64,000 nt of DNA from an uncultured Bacteroidales bacterium (GCA_963781805.1 CAWAHF010000004.1:1774219-1838218); one strand, 5' to 3'; positions 11,115-22,464 are shown, numbered from the stretch's first letter. The notes: generated by a model not told the origin, from the sequence alone. Numbers and translations are program-made.

Positions 11115-12699
11115 CCGTAACCCGGTATGGAAATTACGTAATATGAACACCAAGCTTATCAATTAGGTTTTGTGTCTTGCTGGTAACTTCTGAGAGGCAC
11201 CAGTTTTGATTGATTTTTATTTTTTTTATAGCGGCCAGGTTCAATAGTATATCCTTTGGTGAATATCTTTTGAGCAGTTTCTTTTGCAGTAGAATATTGT
11301 ATAAGTAGTAATACCATTTCAAAGCCATAAAGGAGATGAACATCCAGCCTTGCAGAGCCATTTCATTTTGCATATAAGAGCTGTCAGCTTTTAAAATGTT
11401 CTTCATGGCATCAATCATTGTTTCGACCTCGCCTCTTGTCTTGTAAGTTTTATATATTTCTTCGGCAGATTTGTCTTTAAGGTTTGAGATGAAGGCCACG
11501 GTTCCGAAAGTTTTAAGCCTTAGCTTAAATTTTTCCAAACTATATTTTTCCGGGTGGGTTTGTATGCGTGTCAGGTAATCGTTTTCTTCTTTTGTCTTTA
11601 ACGATGAATCATAGAACAGGTATAATTCCCGGCCTTCCAATTCAATTTTGTTGAACCAAATAAAACGCTTCATATATTCAAAATACCCATCAAACCCGCT
11701 ATTATCATTAGGTTGGATTACATCGTAGTTTATTTGTGGGTTGCTCCGCCTTAAGGGGATAACGTAATCCAGACCTAAAGTATCCATTGTCTCCAGATTA
11801 TCAGCTGAATAGAAACCTTTGTCAGCAATCACAACAGCATTGGCAATGCCTGCTTCCTGAACCGTTAGCTTAAATGCTTTGACATCTCTAATATTTCCGG
11901 GTAAAAGGCGATAAAATACCGGGGTTTTTAATGTGCTTGAGAACAAGAACAATACATTTAACTGTGGGTCGAAAACCTGCTTTGAGTTATAACCAATTTT
12001 TGCGCTTTCAATGTTTTTTGAATGGGAAACAAAATTGGTTCCATCAAAAAGAATATAATCGTCATTCCTGACAAAGGCTTTCATATACTCAACTACTGCC
12101 CCCCTGTCATTACCTATTTTCCTGTACAACGCCGAAACCCTTTTTTCGCCAAGGGTGACCGTGTTGAATAGTTCTGAAAGAAAGCTGTTCTCAAAATGGA
12201 AAGCCGTATTCTTAATAGGTGGATTAAACAATAAACGTATAAAGCCCAATGAGAAGATATCTTGCCAAATCTCAGGAAAAACCTGTTTCAAAAAAGTGAT
12301 ATCCTCCGAGAAACTCTCCATTACAAAGGAGGAAGCCCCATATTCTTTCACTTGCAAGGGCTGGTCAAAAAAGGAAGTGAAATTTCTTTGGAGTTTATAT
12401 TTGCTTGATTCCACGAATCCATTTTCTTTAGTAATCCTTCCCAGAAGCCTGCCTGTAATCTTTCTTGCTCTTTTCTTTTCGGGATCCCATTTACTGGAGA
12501 CTTCATACAAATAGTACTTGTCTTTGATCCTTCGGAGTTCAGTCCCCGGTTTTTTGTGGGTTAAAGCCCACTCTGGGTGTGGTGAATTTTTCATAATATT
12601 ACGTATATACGTAATAGCAAATATCCGAAAAAATACCTGAACCGCAAAACAATTCAGGCTTTTTTATTAACTATTACGTATTTTTATGCTGGGTTACAG
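11115..12699 (-). mobile_element. IS1634-like insertion sequence (IS4 superfamily), apparently intact
   Basis: Imperfect 14-bp TIRs CCGTAACCCGGTAT (11115) and rc CTGTAACCCAGCAT (12686-12699); 6-bp direct repeat ATTAAT at 11109-11114 and 12700-12705; single transposase. Confidence 0.88.
11134..12594 (-). CDS. DDE transposase, IS1634-like
   Basis: LFDGTN, VIADKGFYS, YKTRGEVETMIDAMK (Y-2-R-3-E-6-K IS4-superfamily signature); N-terminal YYLYEVSSKWDPEKKRARK. Confidence 0.92.
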   Translation of the reverse strand: MKNSPHPEWALTHKKPGTELRRIKDKYYLYEVSSKWDPEKKRARKITGRLLGRITKENGFVESSKYKLQRNFTSFFDQPLQVKEYGASSFVMESFSEDITFLKQVFPEIWQDIFSLGFIRLLFNPPIKNTAFHFENSFLSELFNTVTLGEKRVSALYRKIGNDRGAVVEYMKAFVRNDDYILFDGTNFVSHSKNIESAKIGYNSKQVFDPQLNVLFLFSSTLKTPVFYRLLPGNIRDVKAFKLTVQEAGIANAVVIADKGFYSADNLETMDTLGLDYVIPLRRSNPQINYDVIQPNDNSGFDGYFEYMKRFIWFNKIELEGRELYLFYDSSLKTKEENDYLTRIQTHPEKYSLEKFKLRLKTFGTVAFISNLKDKSAEEIYKTYKTRGEVETMIDAMKNILKADSSYMQNEMALQGWMFISFMALKWYYYLYNILLQKKLLKRYSPKDILLNLAAIKKIKINQNWCLSEVTSKTQNLIDKLGVHIT

Positions 12700-12793
12700 A
12701 TTAATTTTTAAACCCGGGTAACTAATGATTATATTAAAAAATCTGCATTGGTTCAACCCAATACAGATTCAAATAATTAATTTCAAATTAAGT

Positions 12794-13843
12794 TTATATC
12801 TTATATCTGAAGGTGATTCTGGCTACAATATCTGCTTTTCTGTCAGGAACTGAACCTTCGGGACTGTATCCATTAATCCAGATATTTGGAATAATGTTGA
12901 TATTTTTTACCGGTGTATAATCTATCCCGAAAACCATAAATGTTTCGAGATAACCAACATCTGTTTTTGTATCCTCATTATAAAAATCTATTCTGTAAAA
13001 GCCATTCAGTTTTTCTTTAATCAAACCTCCCCGTGCGAATAATGACAAGCCAAACACAGATTTTTTGGTACCGGAAGTATCGCTGGCAGAAATAACAGTA
13101 TAAGGTTCAGCACCTACAACAAATTTTTCATGTTGATACCCCAGAAATCCTTTTAAAATATAATTATATGTTTTATCAGATTGTCTTTCATAATCGCCAT
13201 AAGCCTGAAACATAAGCTTTTTGTCCCATAAGGTCCCATACACGGTTCCATAAATTCTTTTGTAGTTATTATTCTCAATAGAGGTGGATTTACCGTTTCC
13301 AACCATCAGATAGTAATTGATATCATGCGTAATTTTTCCCGTTAATGCAATTCCCACATCGTTAGAGCTTGCCTGTTTATGAAAATCAAGAATGGTTTTT
13401 TCCACACTTCGATAAGACCAAACCTTTTCTGAAAAGGTTGCAAAAGTGGGAGTAGTTTGTGCTCCGAAAATCAGGCTTGACCCTTTAAAAACATCATTCC
13501 ATTGCAACAATGCATATTTAATGTAAACGCCCCGGGTATCTTTTGATGGAATGGTAAAACCGTCATTGCCTTCAAGCATTAATTTGGCATAAAATTTACT
13601 ATTGAACGAGTATTCATAACCCAGATTGAATCTTCTGATTTCAATCGCGGTACCTTTCTTTTCTGTTTGCTGATATTGTCCGGAACCTTTGAGTAGTGAA
13701 CCTGTATCGCCCCCGAGTTTATAATAGTAATCGCCAAAAAACTCTCCGATAACTTTACCTTTCGGTTCATCTTTAACTTCCTGAGCATAAAACTGTGGAT
13801 TCAATAATAAAATCAATCCGAGAATAATTAGATTTCGTTTCAT
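12794..13843 (-). CDS. Outer-membrane beta-barrel porin, probably phosphate/anion selective (OprO/OprP-like role)
   Basis: Signal peptide, alternating beta-strand pattern, terminal RITFRYKI; divergent from pstS. Confidence 0.65.
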   Translation of the reverse strand: MKRNLIILGLILLLNPQFYAQEVKDEPKGKVIGEFFGDYYYKLGGDTGSLLKGSGQYQQTEKKGTAIEIRRFNLGYEYSFNSKFYAKLMLEGNDGFTIPSKDTRGVYIKYALLQWNDVFKGSSLIFGAQTTPTFATFSEKVWSYRSVEKTILDFHKQASSNDVGIALTGKITHDINYYLMVGNGKSTSIENNNYKRIYGTVYGTLWDKKLMFQAYGDYERQSDKTYNYILKGFLGYQHEKFVVGAEPYTVISASDTSGTKKSVFGLSLFARGGLIKEKLNGFYRIDFYNEDTKTDVGYLETFMVFGIDYTPVKNINIIPNIWINGYSPEGSVPDRKADIVARITFRYKI

Positions 13844-13963
13844 AGTTATTTTTTTAATGTTTAAATATTGTCTTCAATGATTATTTATTTCTTTTGAAAT
13901 TCGACACTAAAATAAGGAATAGACTTTTCCCAACTACACCCTAAAGTGAATTATAAAGTTTTA

Positions 13964-13991
13964 TTAATATTCAGTTAACATTGCCTTAACA
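13964..13991. promoter_or_regulatory. Pho-box-like repeats (3 x TTAAy, 11-bp period) in the porin/pstS divergent region
   Basis: TTAAT 13964, TTAAC 13975, TTAAC 13986. Confidence 0.6.
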
Positions 13992-14107
13992 ATAATTTCA
14001 GAAATAGTTATTCAATTTTCCTTTGTAAATGACTGAATTTATAGCCCTTATAAAATTACATTTAAATCTGTTCTGATTTCTTCCATCCATTTTTTCAGCT
14101 TTTTCAG

Positions 14108-14174
14108 TTAATATCAACTTAACATAAGCTTAATTTTCTGATAACCTGTTTCATAATTGATAGGTGTAATTTTG
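14108..14174 (+). promoter_or_regulatory. Pho-box-like repeats and -7 element for pstS
   Basis: TTAAT 14108, TTAAC 14119, TTAAT 14130, ATAAC 14141 (11-bp period); TAATTTTG at 14167-14174. Confidence 0.7.
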
Positions 14175-14198
14175 AACTGAAAACCAAAATTCAATATC

Positions 14199-15137
14199 AT
14201 GAAGAAAATAAAAGTTATTCAGATTTTTTTTGCAATAGTATTATTAGCAGCTTGTGGAGGAAATAAATCAGCGAAAAAGGAATCGATGAAAGGAACTATC
14301 AATATTGATGGTTCAAGCACAGTATATCCTTTATCTGAAGCTGTGGCTGAGGAATTTCGTACATCGTATCCAGACGTTAATGTAGCTATCGGTTCATCCG
14401 GAACCGGTGCAGGTTTTAAAAAGTTTGCCCGCGGTGAAACCGATATCTCAGATGCCTCCCGCCCGATTAAGGAAAGCGAAGTGCAGGCATGTAAAGAAAA
14501 CAATATAAGCTATAAGGAATTAACTGTAGCGCTCGACGGAATATCCATCATGGTAAATCCTGAAAATACATGGATTGAGAATATTACAACCCAGGAATTA
14601 AAAAAGATTTGGGAACCTAACAGCACGGTTAAAAAGTGGAGCGATATTCGTCCCGATTGGCCCGCCGAAGATATTCACCTGTATGGTCCAAATACAGCAC
14701 ATGGCACCTACGATTTCTTTACGGAAGTCATACTTGGTGAATCAGGAGCAAGCCGTTCCGATTACAATGCTGTGGCCGATTACAATGTAGGTATTCAGGG
14801 AATAAGCACGGATAAATATGCGCTTGGATATTTCGGTCTGGCGTATTACGAAGAAAACAAAGACAAATTAAAACTGGTGGGTGTGGATAATGGAAACGGA
14901 CCTGTAAAACCGTCGCTTGAAACCGTAAAGGACGGAACCTATGCACCATTGTCCAGACCGCTGTTTATTTATATTAACAGTGCATCAGTACCCAAGAAAG
15001 AATTGGTCGAATTTGTAAATTATTACATTAAAAATTCAGGACAGCTTGCCAAAGAAGTTGGTTATATTCCGCTCCCTCAAAGTGAATACGATGATCAATT
15101 AGCCAGCTTTAGCCAGTTTACTGCCATGACCAAATAG
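14199..15137 (+). CDS. pstS: Phosphate ABC transporter substrate-binding lipoprotein
   Basis: Lipobox [35 protein letters not shown]. Confidence 0.95.
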   Translation: MKKIKVIQIFFAIVLLAACGGNKSAKKESMKGTINIDGSSTVYPLSEAVAEEFRTSYPDVNVAIGSSGTGAGFKKFARGETDISDASRPIKESEVQACKENNISYKELTVALDGISIMVNPENTWIENITTQELKKIWEPNSTVKKWSDIRPDWPAEDIHLYGPNTAHGTYDFFTEVILGESGASRSDYNAVADYNVGIQGISTDKYALGYFGLAYYEENKDKLKLVGVDNGNGPVKPSLETVKDGTYAPLSRPLFIYINSASVPKKELVEFVNYYIKNSGQLAKEVGYIPLPQSEYDDQLASFSQFTAMTK

Positions 15138-15147
15138 TCAGTATTGC

Positions 15148-16044
15148 ATGGATGCCATTTTCAGAATGAGAAAATTAAAAGAGATAATAATAGAAAAGGC
15201 ACTGTTATTCAGTGCCTTAATTACTATTTTTACCACCCTTGGAATTATCTGGGTTCTCTTTGCTGAATCTTTCTCTTTTTTCAGAGAAGTTTCAATAATA
15301 GATTTTCTCACCGATACCAAATGGACCCCTTTATATGCCGAAAAACATTTTGGCATTCTTCCCCTGATTACAGGGACCCTTCTTACGACTTTTATCGCTG
15401 TTGCCGTCGCACTGCCCACCGGATTGACCATTGCAGTTTACCTGAATGAATATGCGCCGGCAAGATTCGGCAAATCAATCAAGCCCATGCTAGAGATTCT
15501 GGCGTCGGTTCCAACCGTAGTCTATGGCTATTTTGCGCTGATTGTGGTTACGCCGTTTCTTCAAAAAATTTTCCCGATGATGTCGGGTTTTAATGCGCTC
15601 TCACCCGGAATTGTTATGGGGATTATGATCATCCCTTTTATCTCATCCTTAAGCGAGGATGCATTGCGGGCAGTGCCGAATTCATTGAGGGAAGCAGCTT
15701 ATGGTATGGGGTCAAGCCGCTTTCAGACTTCATTCAAAGTGTTGGTTCCAGCTGCTTCATCGGGAATTATTTCTTCGGTGATTCTGGCATTATCAAGGGC
15801 CATAGGTGAAACGATGATTGTAGCCATTGCTGCCGGACAACAACCCCGTTTAACGTTGAATCCGCTGGTACCAATTGAAACCATTACTACCTATATTGTT
15901 CAGGTTAGTTCGGGCGATGTTCCCAATAATTCCCTGGAATTTAAAACAATTTTTGCAGCCGGTTTTTCCTTGTTCATTCTCACCTTCATTTTGAATAATA
16001 TCAGTTTCTGGATTAACAAAAAATTCCGCCAGCAATATGAATAA
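15148..16044 (+). CDS. pstC: Phosphate ABC transporter permease
   Basis: LASVPTVVYG, EAAYGMG EAA motif, SRAIGETM. Confidence 0.95.
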   Translation: MDAIFRMRKLKEIIIEKALLFSALITIFTTLGIIWVLFAESFSFFREVSIIDFLTDTKWTPLYAEKHFGILPLITGTLLTTFIAVAVALPTGLTIAVYLNEYAPARFGKSIKPMLEILASVPTVVYGYFALIVVTPFLQKIFPMMSGFNALSPGIVMGIMIIPFISSLSEDALRAVPNSLREAAYGMGSSRFQTSFKVLVPAASSGIISSVILALSRAIGETMIVAIAAGQQPRLTLNPLVPIETITTYIVQVSSGDVPNNSLEFKTIFAAGFSLFILTFILNNISFWINKKFRQQYE

Positions 16045-16894
16045 CAGCGCTAAAAACCGTTTAAAGGATAAGATTTTCGGGTATCTTGGTATAGGCGCCA
16101 CCTTGTTTGGCGTAATTGTTCTGGCTGTTTTCCTGATAAATATCCTGGTAGACGGAGTTCAACGATTAAATCTGTCATTTCTTTCAAACCTTCCATCACG
16201 GTTTCCTGAAAAATCGGGTATTTTAACAGCCTGGACCGGTACCTTATGGATTTTGGTTCTGACCGCGTTTTTTGCTATCCCGATAGGTATGGCAGCAGGA
16301 ATATATCTTGAGGAATATGGTCAGAAATCACGGTTATTTAACTTCCTCGAAATTAACATTGCCAATCTTGCCGGTGTTCCATCCATCATTTATGGAATAC
16401 TTGCACTTGAAATATTTGTCAGGATGTTAAAACTGGGTGGTAGTTTGTTAACCGGAAGTTTTACACTGGCGTTATTGATCCTGCCGATTATCATTGTGGT
16501 AACACGCGAGGCCATTAGATCTGTACCCCAATCATTGCGTGATGCTTCTTATGCTTTGGGCGCTACAAAATGGCAAACGATACAGCGGCAGGTATTACCG
16601 GCATGCAAGAGCAACATTGTAACGGGTGTAATTCTGGCAATGGCAAGGGCGATTGGTGAAACTGCACCCTTAATAGTGATCGGAGCGCTGGCATATGTGC
16701 CCTTTATCGCCAAATCACCCATGGACGAATTTACCGTTTTGCCCATTCAGATTTTCAACTGGATTTCAAGACCTCAGCACGGATTTGTCATCAATGCTGC
16801 AGCGGCAATTATTATCCTGCTTTTAATTACTTTTTTAATGAATGGAATCGCCATTTATCTCAGAAACAGATGGCAAAAGAAAATGAAGTGGTAA
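16037..16894 (+). CDS. pstA: Phosphate ABC transporter permease
   Basis: [27 protein letters not shown]. Confidence 0.95.
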   Translation: MNNSAKNRLKDKIFGYLGIGATLFGVIVLAVFLINILVDGVQRLNLSFLSNLPSRFPEKSGILTAWTGTLWILVLTAFFAIPIGMAAGIYLEEYGQKSRLFNFLEINIANLAGVPSIIYGILALEIFVRMLKLGGSLLTGSFTLALLILPIIIVVTREAIRSVPQSLRDASYALGATKWQTIQRQVLPACKSNIVTGVILAMARAIGETAPLIVIGALAYVPFIAKSPMDEFTVLPIQIFNWISRPQHGFVINAAAAIIILLLITFLMNGIAIYLRNRWQKKMKW

Positions 16895-16916
16895 CAAACA
16901 TGAAAATATTAAAAAA

Positions 16917-17762
16917 ATGAATTTTACATCGGAAGTTATGGCTTTTCAAAAAGAAACAGATAAGGAACCTACAGGTTTTTCAATTGCAGAAGCTAAGGAA
17001 ACAATCCCTACATCAAAGCTGGAAGCAAAAAATATAAAAGTTTTTTATAACGAACTTCAGGCGTTGAAAGATATCAACATGAGCTTTCCTGAAAATACGG
17101 TAACTGCATTTATTGGCCCTTCCGGATGCGGAAAATCTACCTTCCTGCGATTGTTTAACCGGATGAATGATTATATCAACGGATTCAGAATGGAAGGTGA
17201 GATTCTGATGGACCATATAGATATTTACAAGGAGAAAATCAGTATTGAACAGTTGCGTAAAGATGTTGGCATGGTGTTTCAGAAACCCAATCCATTTCCA
17301 AAATCAATCTTTGAAAATGTTGCTTACGGACTGCGAATAAAGGGAGAAAAAAATAAATCGTTTTTGCAGGAACGTGTCGAAATGGCATTGAAACAGGTGG
17401 CGCTTTGGGATGAAGTAAAAGATGATCTTAAAAAGAATGCACTGGCATTAAGCGGCGGACAACAACAGCGCGTTTGTATTGCAAGGACACTTGCCGTGGA
17501 ACCAAAAGTGATTCTGATGGATGAACCTACCTCAGCTTTGGATCCCATCTCTACCTCAAAGATCGAGAATCTGATTTTTGAATTACGCGAAGACTATACC
17601 ATAATTATTGTGACCCATAATCTTCAACAAGCTGGAAGAATCAGTGATTATACCGCTTTTTTTTACCTGGGAGAGCTGACTGAAATGGGAAGAACCGGTG
17701 ATATATTTACCAATCCGAAAAACAAACGTACCGAAAATTATATCACCGGCAGGTTTGGTTGA
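16917..17762 (+). CDS. pstB: Phosphate ABC transporter ATPase
   Basis: [42 protein letters not shown]. Confidence 0.97.
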   Translation: MNFTSEVMAFQKETDKEPTGFSIAEAKETIPTSKLEAKNIKVFYNELQALKDINMSFPENTVTAFIGPSGCGKSTFLRLFNRMNDYINGFRMEGEILMDHIDIYKEKISIEQLRKDVGMVFQKPNPFPKSIFENVAYGLRIKGEKNKSFLQERVEMALKQVALWDEVKDDLKKNALALSGGQQQRVCIARTLAVEPKVILMDEPTSALDPISTSKIENLIFELREDYTIIIVTHNLQQAGRISDYTAFFYLGELTEMGRTGDIFTNPKNKRTENYITGRFG

Positions 17763-17800
17763 TCGTATAATGATAATTAAAAATAAATACCTACAATAAA

Positions 17801-18526
17801 ATGGCAATGATTCCAATTGAATATGAATTAGATCGGTTAAAAGAAATTATTTTCGAAATGTTCGATCTGGTGAAAACTCAAATCACCGAAGCAAAAAGCT
17901 CACTGAGCGAGATAGATAACGATCTTGCCGAATCAATTATCAGGCGGGAACTGCGTGTAAATGCCCTTGAAATAACAATTGACAGGGAATGCGAAAATTT
18001 GCTTGCCTGTTACAATCCGGTTGCAGCCGACCTCAGATTCGTAATGTCTGTGCTAAAGATCAGTGAAAGCCTGGAACGTATCAGCGACCATGCCTATAGA
18101 ATTGCAATGTATGTACTTGGAGGAGATGTAAAAAAAGATGTTCACCTGTTTAAAAATCTATCTATGGGTGAATTATTCGATACCGTAGACACAATGATCG
18201 ACCACGTAATTGAAGCTCTGGAAAAGCAGGATACTTCCATTGCAAAAAAAACATTCAAGCTGGATAAAATCATCGACAAAGCGAAAAAGGATGCCCCGGA
18301 TATAATTAAAAAATCGGTAAAAGCAGATTTCAATAATCTGAAAAATGCATTACACCTGTTTAGTATTATCGGTAAACTTGAACGGTGTGGCGATTTACTT
18401 AAAAATATTTCGGAGGAGATTGTTTTTTATATTGAGGCGGAAATCCTTAAGCATCAAAAAAGAAATAAAAAAATCAGAAAACGAATTGAAAAGACTGACA
18501 AACCTGAGGAAACACAGGAATCTTAG
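17801..18526 (+). CDS. phoU: Phosphate signalling protein PhoU
   Basis: PVAADLR, LERISDH, LERCGDLLKNISE repeats; last gene of the pst operon. Confidence 0.93.
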   Translation: MAMIPIEYELDRLKEIIFEMFDLVKTQITEAKSSLSEIDNDLAESIIRRELRVNALEITIDRECENLLACYNPVAADLRFVMSVLKISESLERISDHAYRIAMYVLGGDVKKDVHLFKNLSMGELFDTVDTMIDHVIEALEKQDTSIAKKTFKLDKIIDKAKKDAPDIIKKSVKADFNNLKNALHLFSIIGKLERCGDLLKNISEEIVFYIEAEILKHQKRNKKIRKRIEKTDKPEETQES

Positions 18527-18588
18527 ATGATTATATCAATAAAAAGGTATTTACAGATTTAGTTTAAAAATCATTTTTGCAATTTCGA

Positions 18589-20007
18589 TTATTTAGTTAA
18601 CAATACTTTACTTTTAAGTTTATTTCGCAAATCCATTAATTCTTTTCCAATTCCGACTTTATAAATATGCGGATTTTCAAAACGTTTTATCTCATCCGGG
18701 AAAAGTCCTAATCTGGTGCGGACATATGAGGCAATTTCACCTGCCGTTTTTCGTGGATCAATTATTTTCCCTTTTTCCACAACTTTATTAATAATTGATT
18801 CCGGGTTTAGCTGACTTACCTTCGAGTTCATTTCCTGATGCAACGGATGATAGATAACATCCGGAACCTTGATATTCATCAGTTCGATACCATCAGCCTG
18901 AAACAATCCATTTTCAGGATTTTTGTATCTGATCAGATTTTTTATTCCGGGCAAGGTCATTTTTGAGATATTATCCGATAGCTTCATGGTAGGATTCCCC
19001 GCTATCTGCGACAATTTATACACTCCATCCAGCGAACCGTCACCCTTACCCGTAACGAGGGCTGTTCCCACACCAAATCCATCCACCGGTGCATGCTGTT
19101 CCTGCAAACTTCTTATAACATATTCATCCAGCTGATTTGAAACCATAATTTTCACATAATTCAGACCAGCCTCATCAAGCTTTCTTCGTGCCATCCTGCT
19201 CAGATAGGCTAAATCGCCGCTATCTAACCGGATTCCAACCAGTTTCCCGCCTTTGGCCTCCAGTTCTTTGGCAACTTTTATAGCATTTGGAATACCTGTA
19301 TTCATTGTGTCATAGGTATCCACCAAAAGAACTGCATTTTCAGGATATTGTGTAGTAAACGACCGAAATGCTTCAAGTTCGCTCTCAAAGGTTTGTACCC
19401 ACGAATGTGCCATGGTACCAGTGGAGTGAATTCCTAACTGCTTCGCGCTGTATACATTCGATGTACCGTCGAAACCTCCGATTATAGCGGCTCTGCTTGC
19501 ATGAATGGCTCCCAGTCCCTGCGCACGACGCATTCCAAAATCCAGCAATAGCTTTTCACCTGCCACCAGACGCATTCTTGCTGCTTTGGTTGCTATTAGT
19601 GATTGAAAATTCAACATATTTAAGGTGATAGTTTCCAGAATCTGGGTTTCAATAATATCTCCCTCAACTCTGAGCACAGGTTCTTCAGGAAATATGATCT
19701 CACCCTCATTAACCGAATAAATATCCCCATTAAATTTGAAACTCTTTAGAAAATTTACGAACCTTTTATCAAAACCAATGGATTCCAGATATCCCCAATC
19801 TTCCTTTTCAAAACGAAAGTTCAGGATGATTTCCAACAAATTGTCCAGGCCTGCAAATACTACAAAACCTCCATTATACGGATTCTTTCGAAAGAAATAA
19901 TCAAAACCCGCTCTTACAGGCTGCTTTTGCGAAAGAAAATACCCCTGTGCCATGGTGAGCTCGTAATGGTCGGTAAAGAGTCCGTTGTATTTCAGAGTTG
20001 TTGACAT
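18589..20007 (-). CDS. pncB: Nicotinate phosphoribosyltransferase
   Basis: FTDHYELTM, DFGMRRAQ, GTMAHSW, LVDTYD, GIRLDSGDL, GFGVGT. Confidence 0.95.
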   Translation of the reverse strand: MSTTLKYNGLFTDHYELTMAQGYFLSQKQPVRAGFDYFFRKNPYNGGFVVFAGLDNLLEIILNFRFEKEDWGYLESIGFDKRFVNFLKSFKFNGDIYSVNEGEIIFPEEPVLRVEGDIIETQILETITLNMLNFQSLIATKAARMRLVAGEKLLLDFGMRRAQGLGAIHASRAAIIGGFDGTSNVYSAKQLGIHSTGTMAHSWVQTFESELEAFRSFTTQYPENAVLLVDTYDTMNTGIPNAIKVAKELEAKGGKLVGIRLDSGDLAYLSRMARRKLDEAGLNYVKIMVSNQLDEYVIRSLQEQHAPVDGFGVGTALVTGKGDGSLDGVYKLSQIAGNPTMKLSDNISKMTLPGIKNLIRYKNPENGLFQADGIELMNIKVPDVIYHPLHQEMNSKVSQLNPESIINKVVEKGKIIDPRKTAGEIASYVRTRLGLFPDEIKRFENPHIYKVGIGKELMDLRNKLKSKVLLTK

Positions 20008-20013
20008 GTATAT

Positions 20014-20352
20014 TTAAAATTTATGACGATGTTTAGCTATCACCCTATAAAACATATCTCTTATGGGTTCCGGTATCAGAATTAAACAATAAAGAATTGG
20101 CATTAAGCCATTAAGTTTTCTGGTAATTCTTAACAAAGCATGCGTTTTGATATAGAATTTACCATCCTCTACCAAAACAACCGATTCATCATAATTTTCA
20201 GGCAATCCGTACTTCTTAAGTAAGTTACCCCCCTCTGGAGAATATATAGATAAAAACCGGTATTGGTCCTGTTTTACATGTTTCAGAATAAATTTCATGC
20301 TTTTAGTGCATAATCTGCAGGTATCATCCATAAGAATAACTGATTCACTCAT
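20014..20352 (-). CDS. DCC1-like thiol-disulfide oxidoreductase (DUF393)
   Basis: DDTCRLC (DxxCxxC), ESVVLVE, RDMFYRVIAKHR. Confidence 0.85.
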   Translation of the reverse strand: MSESVILMDDTCRLCTKSMKFILKHVKQDQYRFLSIYSPEGGNLLKKYGLPENYDESVVLVEDGKFYIKTHALLRITRKLNGLMPILYCLILIPEPIRDMFYRVIAKHRHKF

Positions 20353-20408
20353 CTTTCGTTTCGAACTCCATCAAGCCTTTAAATTATTCTAGTCTTAAAA
20401 ATTGGTAT

Positions 20409-21827
20409 TTAGGATTGATTCCCAACACTAATCACAACATTCTTATTTTTCTCCGGTTTTCTGTCATGAAATTTATCCACATAAACAGTTCTGACATTCA
20501 CAAATTCCCGGATACCGTTAACCGAAAGTTCCCTTCCATATCCTGAGTGTTTGGTGCCTCCAAAGGGTAGCCTTGGATCCGATTTTACCAGGGCATTGAT
20601 AAACACAGAGCCATCATCAAATTCGGGCACCAGTTTTTCCGCTTTGTCCAAATCATCGGTAAACAATGAAACACCTAATCCGAATCTGGATTGATTGGAA
20701 AGCCTGACAGCTTCGTCAACATCGTTGCAAACAATAACCGATGCAACAGGTCCGAATACTTCTTCATCGAATGCTGGCATACCAGGTTTTACATTTAACA
20801 GTAATGTTGGAGGATAGACTGCTTTATCCGGAAAACCTCCTGTAATTATTTTTGCACCGCTTTTTATGGATTGCTGCACCTGGTTTTTAACGATATCAGC
20901 CTGCTGAATGCTTGATAATGGCCCCATATCAACAGATACATCCAGTGGATTACCCAGATTCAATGCGTTTATTTTCTGGTTAAAAAGATAAATGAATTGA
21001 TCGCTTATTTTTTTATGCAGGATAAAACGCTTTGCCGCAATACAGCTCTGACCAGCATTTTGCATTCGTGCCGTCACACCAATTGTGGCGGCTTTTTCCA
21101 CATCGGCATCGTCCAGCACAATAAACGCATTGCTGCCTCCCAGTTCAAGAACCGATTTTTTAATTAGACTACCTGCCAGACCGGCAACTTTGCTCCCTGC
21201 CATTTCGCTTCCCGTAAGTGTTACAGCTTTAATAATATCGTTTTCGATGACTTTTTTTACCCTGCCTGAATCAATCACGAGGTTCTGAAATACGCCTACG
21301 GGAAATCCCGCTTTTTCAAAAAGATTTAAAATGGCCCTGGCACACATTTGAACATTAGATGCATGTTTCAGAAGCGCTACATTGCCGGCCATCAGCGTTG
21401 GAGTAACAAACCTGAAAACCTGCCAGAAAGGATAGTTCCAGGGCATGATGCCCAGAACCGTTCCAATCGGATCATATCTTACATAAGCCATATATGCACC
21501 GGTGGCAACAGCTTCTTCATGCAGTAATATGGGAGTATCATTGGCATAATATCTGCAAACCCATGCACATTTTTCAACTTCAGCCTGAGCCTCAAGAATG
21601 GTTTTCCCCATCTCTTTGGTAATGGTGCGTGACAGCGACTCAACATTTTCAGTTAACTGCTGCGCCACATTCAGCATAAGATCCTTCCTGTACTTAAAGG
21701 AAGTCTTCCTCCAACTTTCAAAGGCTTTCTCTGAATGAAGTATACAACTATTTACTTCTTCATCAGAAAATACATTGAACTCTTCAATTAATTGATTATC
21801 GTAAGGATTTATGCTTTTCAGTATCAT
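20409..21827 (-). CDS. gabD: NAD-dependent succinate-semialdehyde dehydrogenase family
   Basis: [58 protein letters not shown]. Confidence 0.8.
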   Translation of the reverse strand: MILKSINPYDNQLIEEFNVFSDEEVNSCILHSEKAFESWRKTSFKYRKDLMLNVAQQLTENVESLSRTITKEMGKTILEAQAEVEKCAWVCRYYANDTPILLHEEAVATGAYMAYVRYDPIGTVLGIMPWNYPFWQVFRFVTPTLMAGNVALLKHASNVQMCARAILNLFEKAGFPVGVFQNLVIDSGRVKKVIENDIIKAVTLTGSEMAGSKVAGLAGSLIKKSVLELGGSNAFIVLDDADVEKAATIGVTARMQNAGQSCIAAKRFILHKKISDQFIYLFNQKINALNLGNPLDVSVDMGPLSSIQQADIVKNQVQQSIKSGAKIITGGFPDKAVYPPTLLLNVKPGMPAFDEEVFGPVASVIVCNDVDEAVRLSNQSRFGLGVSLFTDDLDKAEKLVPEFDDGSVFINALVKSDPRLPFGGTKHSGYGRELSVNGIREFVNVRTVYVDKFHDRKPEKNKNVVISVGNQS

Positions 21828-21967
21828 GACTCAGGAATTTTAATTGTTCTTATAAATTTTGCTAATTCTAATTTCGTACCAACAACTATTCTACCTATGA
21901 AGACTGCTCAATAATGTAGATAAATTTCGGGTTGTAAAATTATTAAAGTTAATCTATCATTGGGTTC

Positions 21968-22190
21968 CTAAACACTACAGAATGAGAAACATATATAATC
22001 CGCTATATGAAAATCTTCTATTCTAACTAACAGCTGTCCATTGAAAATGTTATAAAAATTAACCCATATAGTGAAATCATTTTTGAACAATGAGCCAGGA
22101 TTATTCCCCATTAAAACAGTATCCTGTTGATTTCTTTCACAACCTTGAGAAAGGTAATCCACAAAAAAAGAAAGGCAAAAGCTTTTTCAT
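21968..22190 (-). pseudogene. Probable frameshifted lipoprotein remnant
   Basis: ATG at 22190 reads MKKLLPFFFCGL; removing one base joins it to SQGCERNQQD (lipobox-like) of the 21968..22162 ORF. Confidence 0.35.
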
Positions 22191-22275
22191 ACAAAATGTT
22201 CACTAAATAAAAACTAACCTTATGCTTAATTGTTTTTTAAGAAGTAAATGAAAATAATCAATCTAATAGAAAAAA

Positions 22276-22464
22276 ATGCAGGCGGATACAAAGATTAATG
22301 GAATTATGCCGGTTCTGGGATTCGGAACATGGAATATATCCGGGAACAAATATATTGAGAGTGTTTGTGATGCATTAAATATGGGTTACAGACATATTGA
22401 TACGGCACAAATGTAAAATGAAGAATATGTCGGGATAGGCATTGCCATGACAGATATTGACAGA
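22276..22464 (+). pseudogene. Aldo/keto reductase 5' fragment with internal stop
   Basis: MQADTKINGIMPVLGFGTWNISGNKYIESVCDALNMGYRHIDTAQM*NEEYVGIGIAMTDIDR: AKR GFGTW and GYRHIDTA motifs; TAA at 22414-22416. Confidence 0.8.

Noticed and set aside
14118-14145. XerD-arm-like TTATGTTAAGT (minus strand)
   Set aside because: No XerC arm; better explained as part of the Pho-box repeats.
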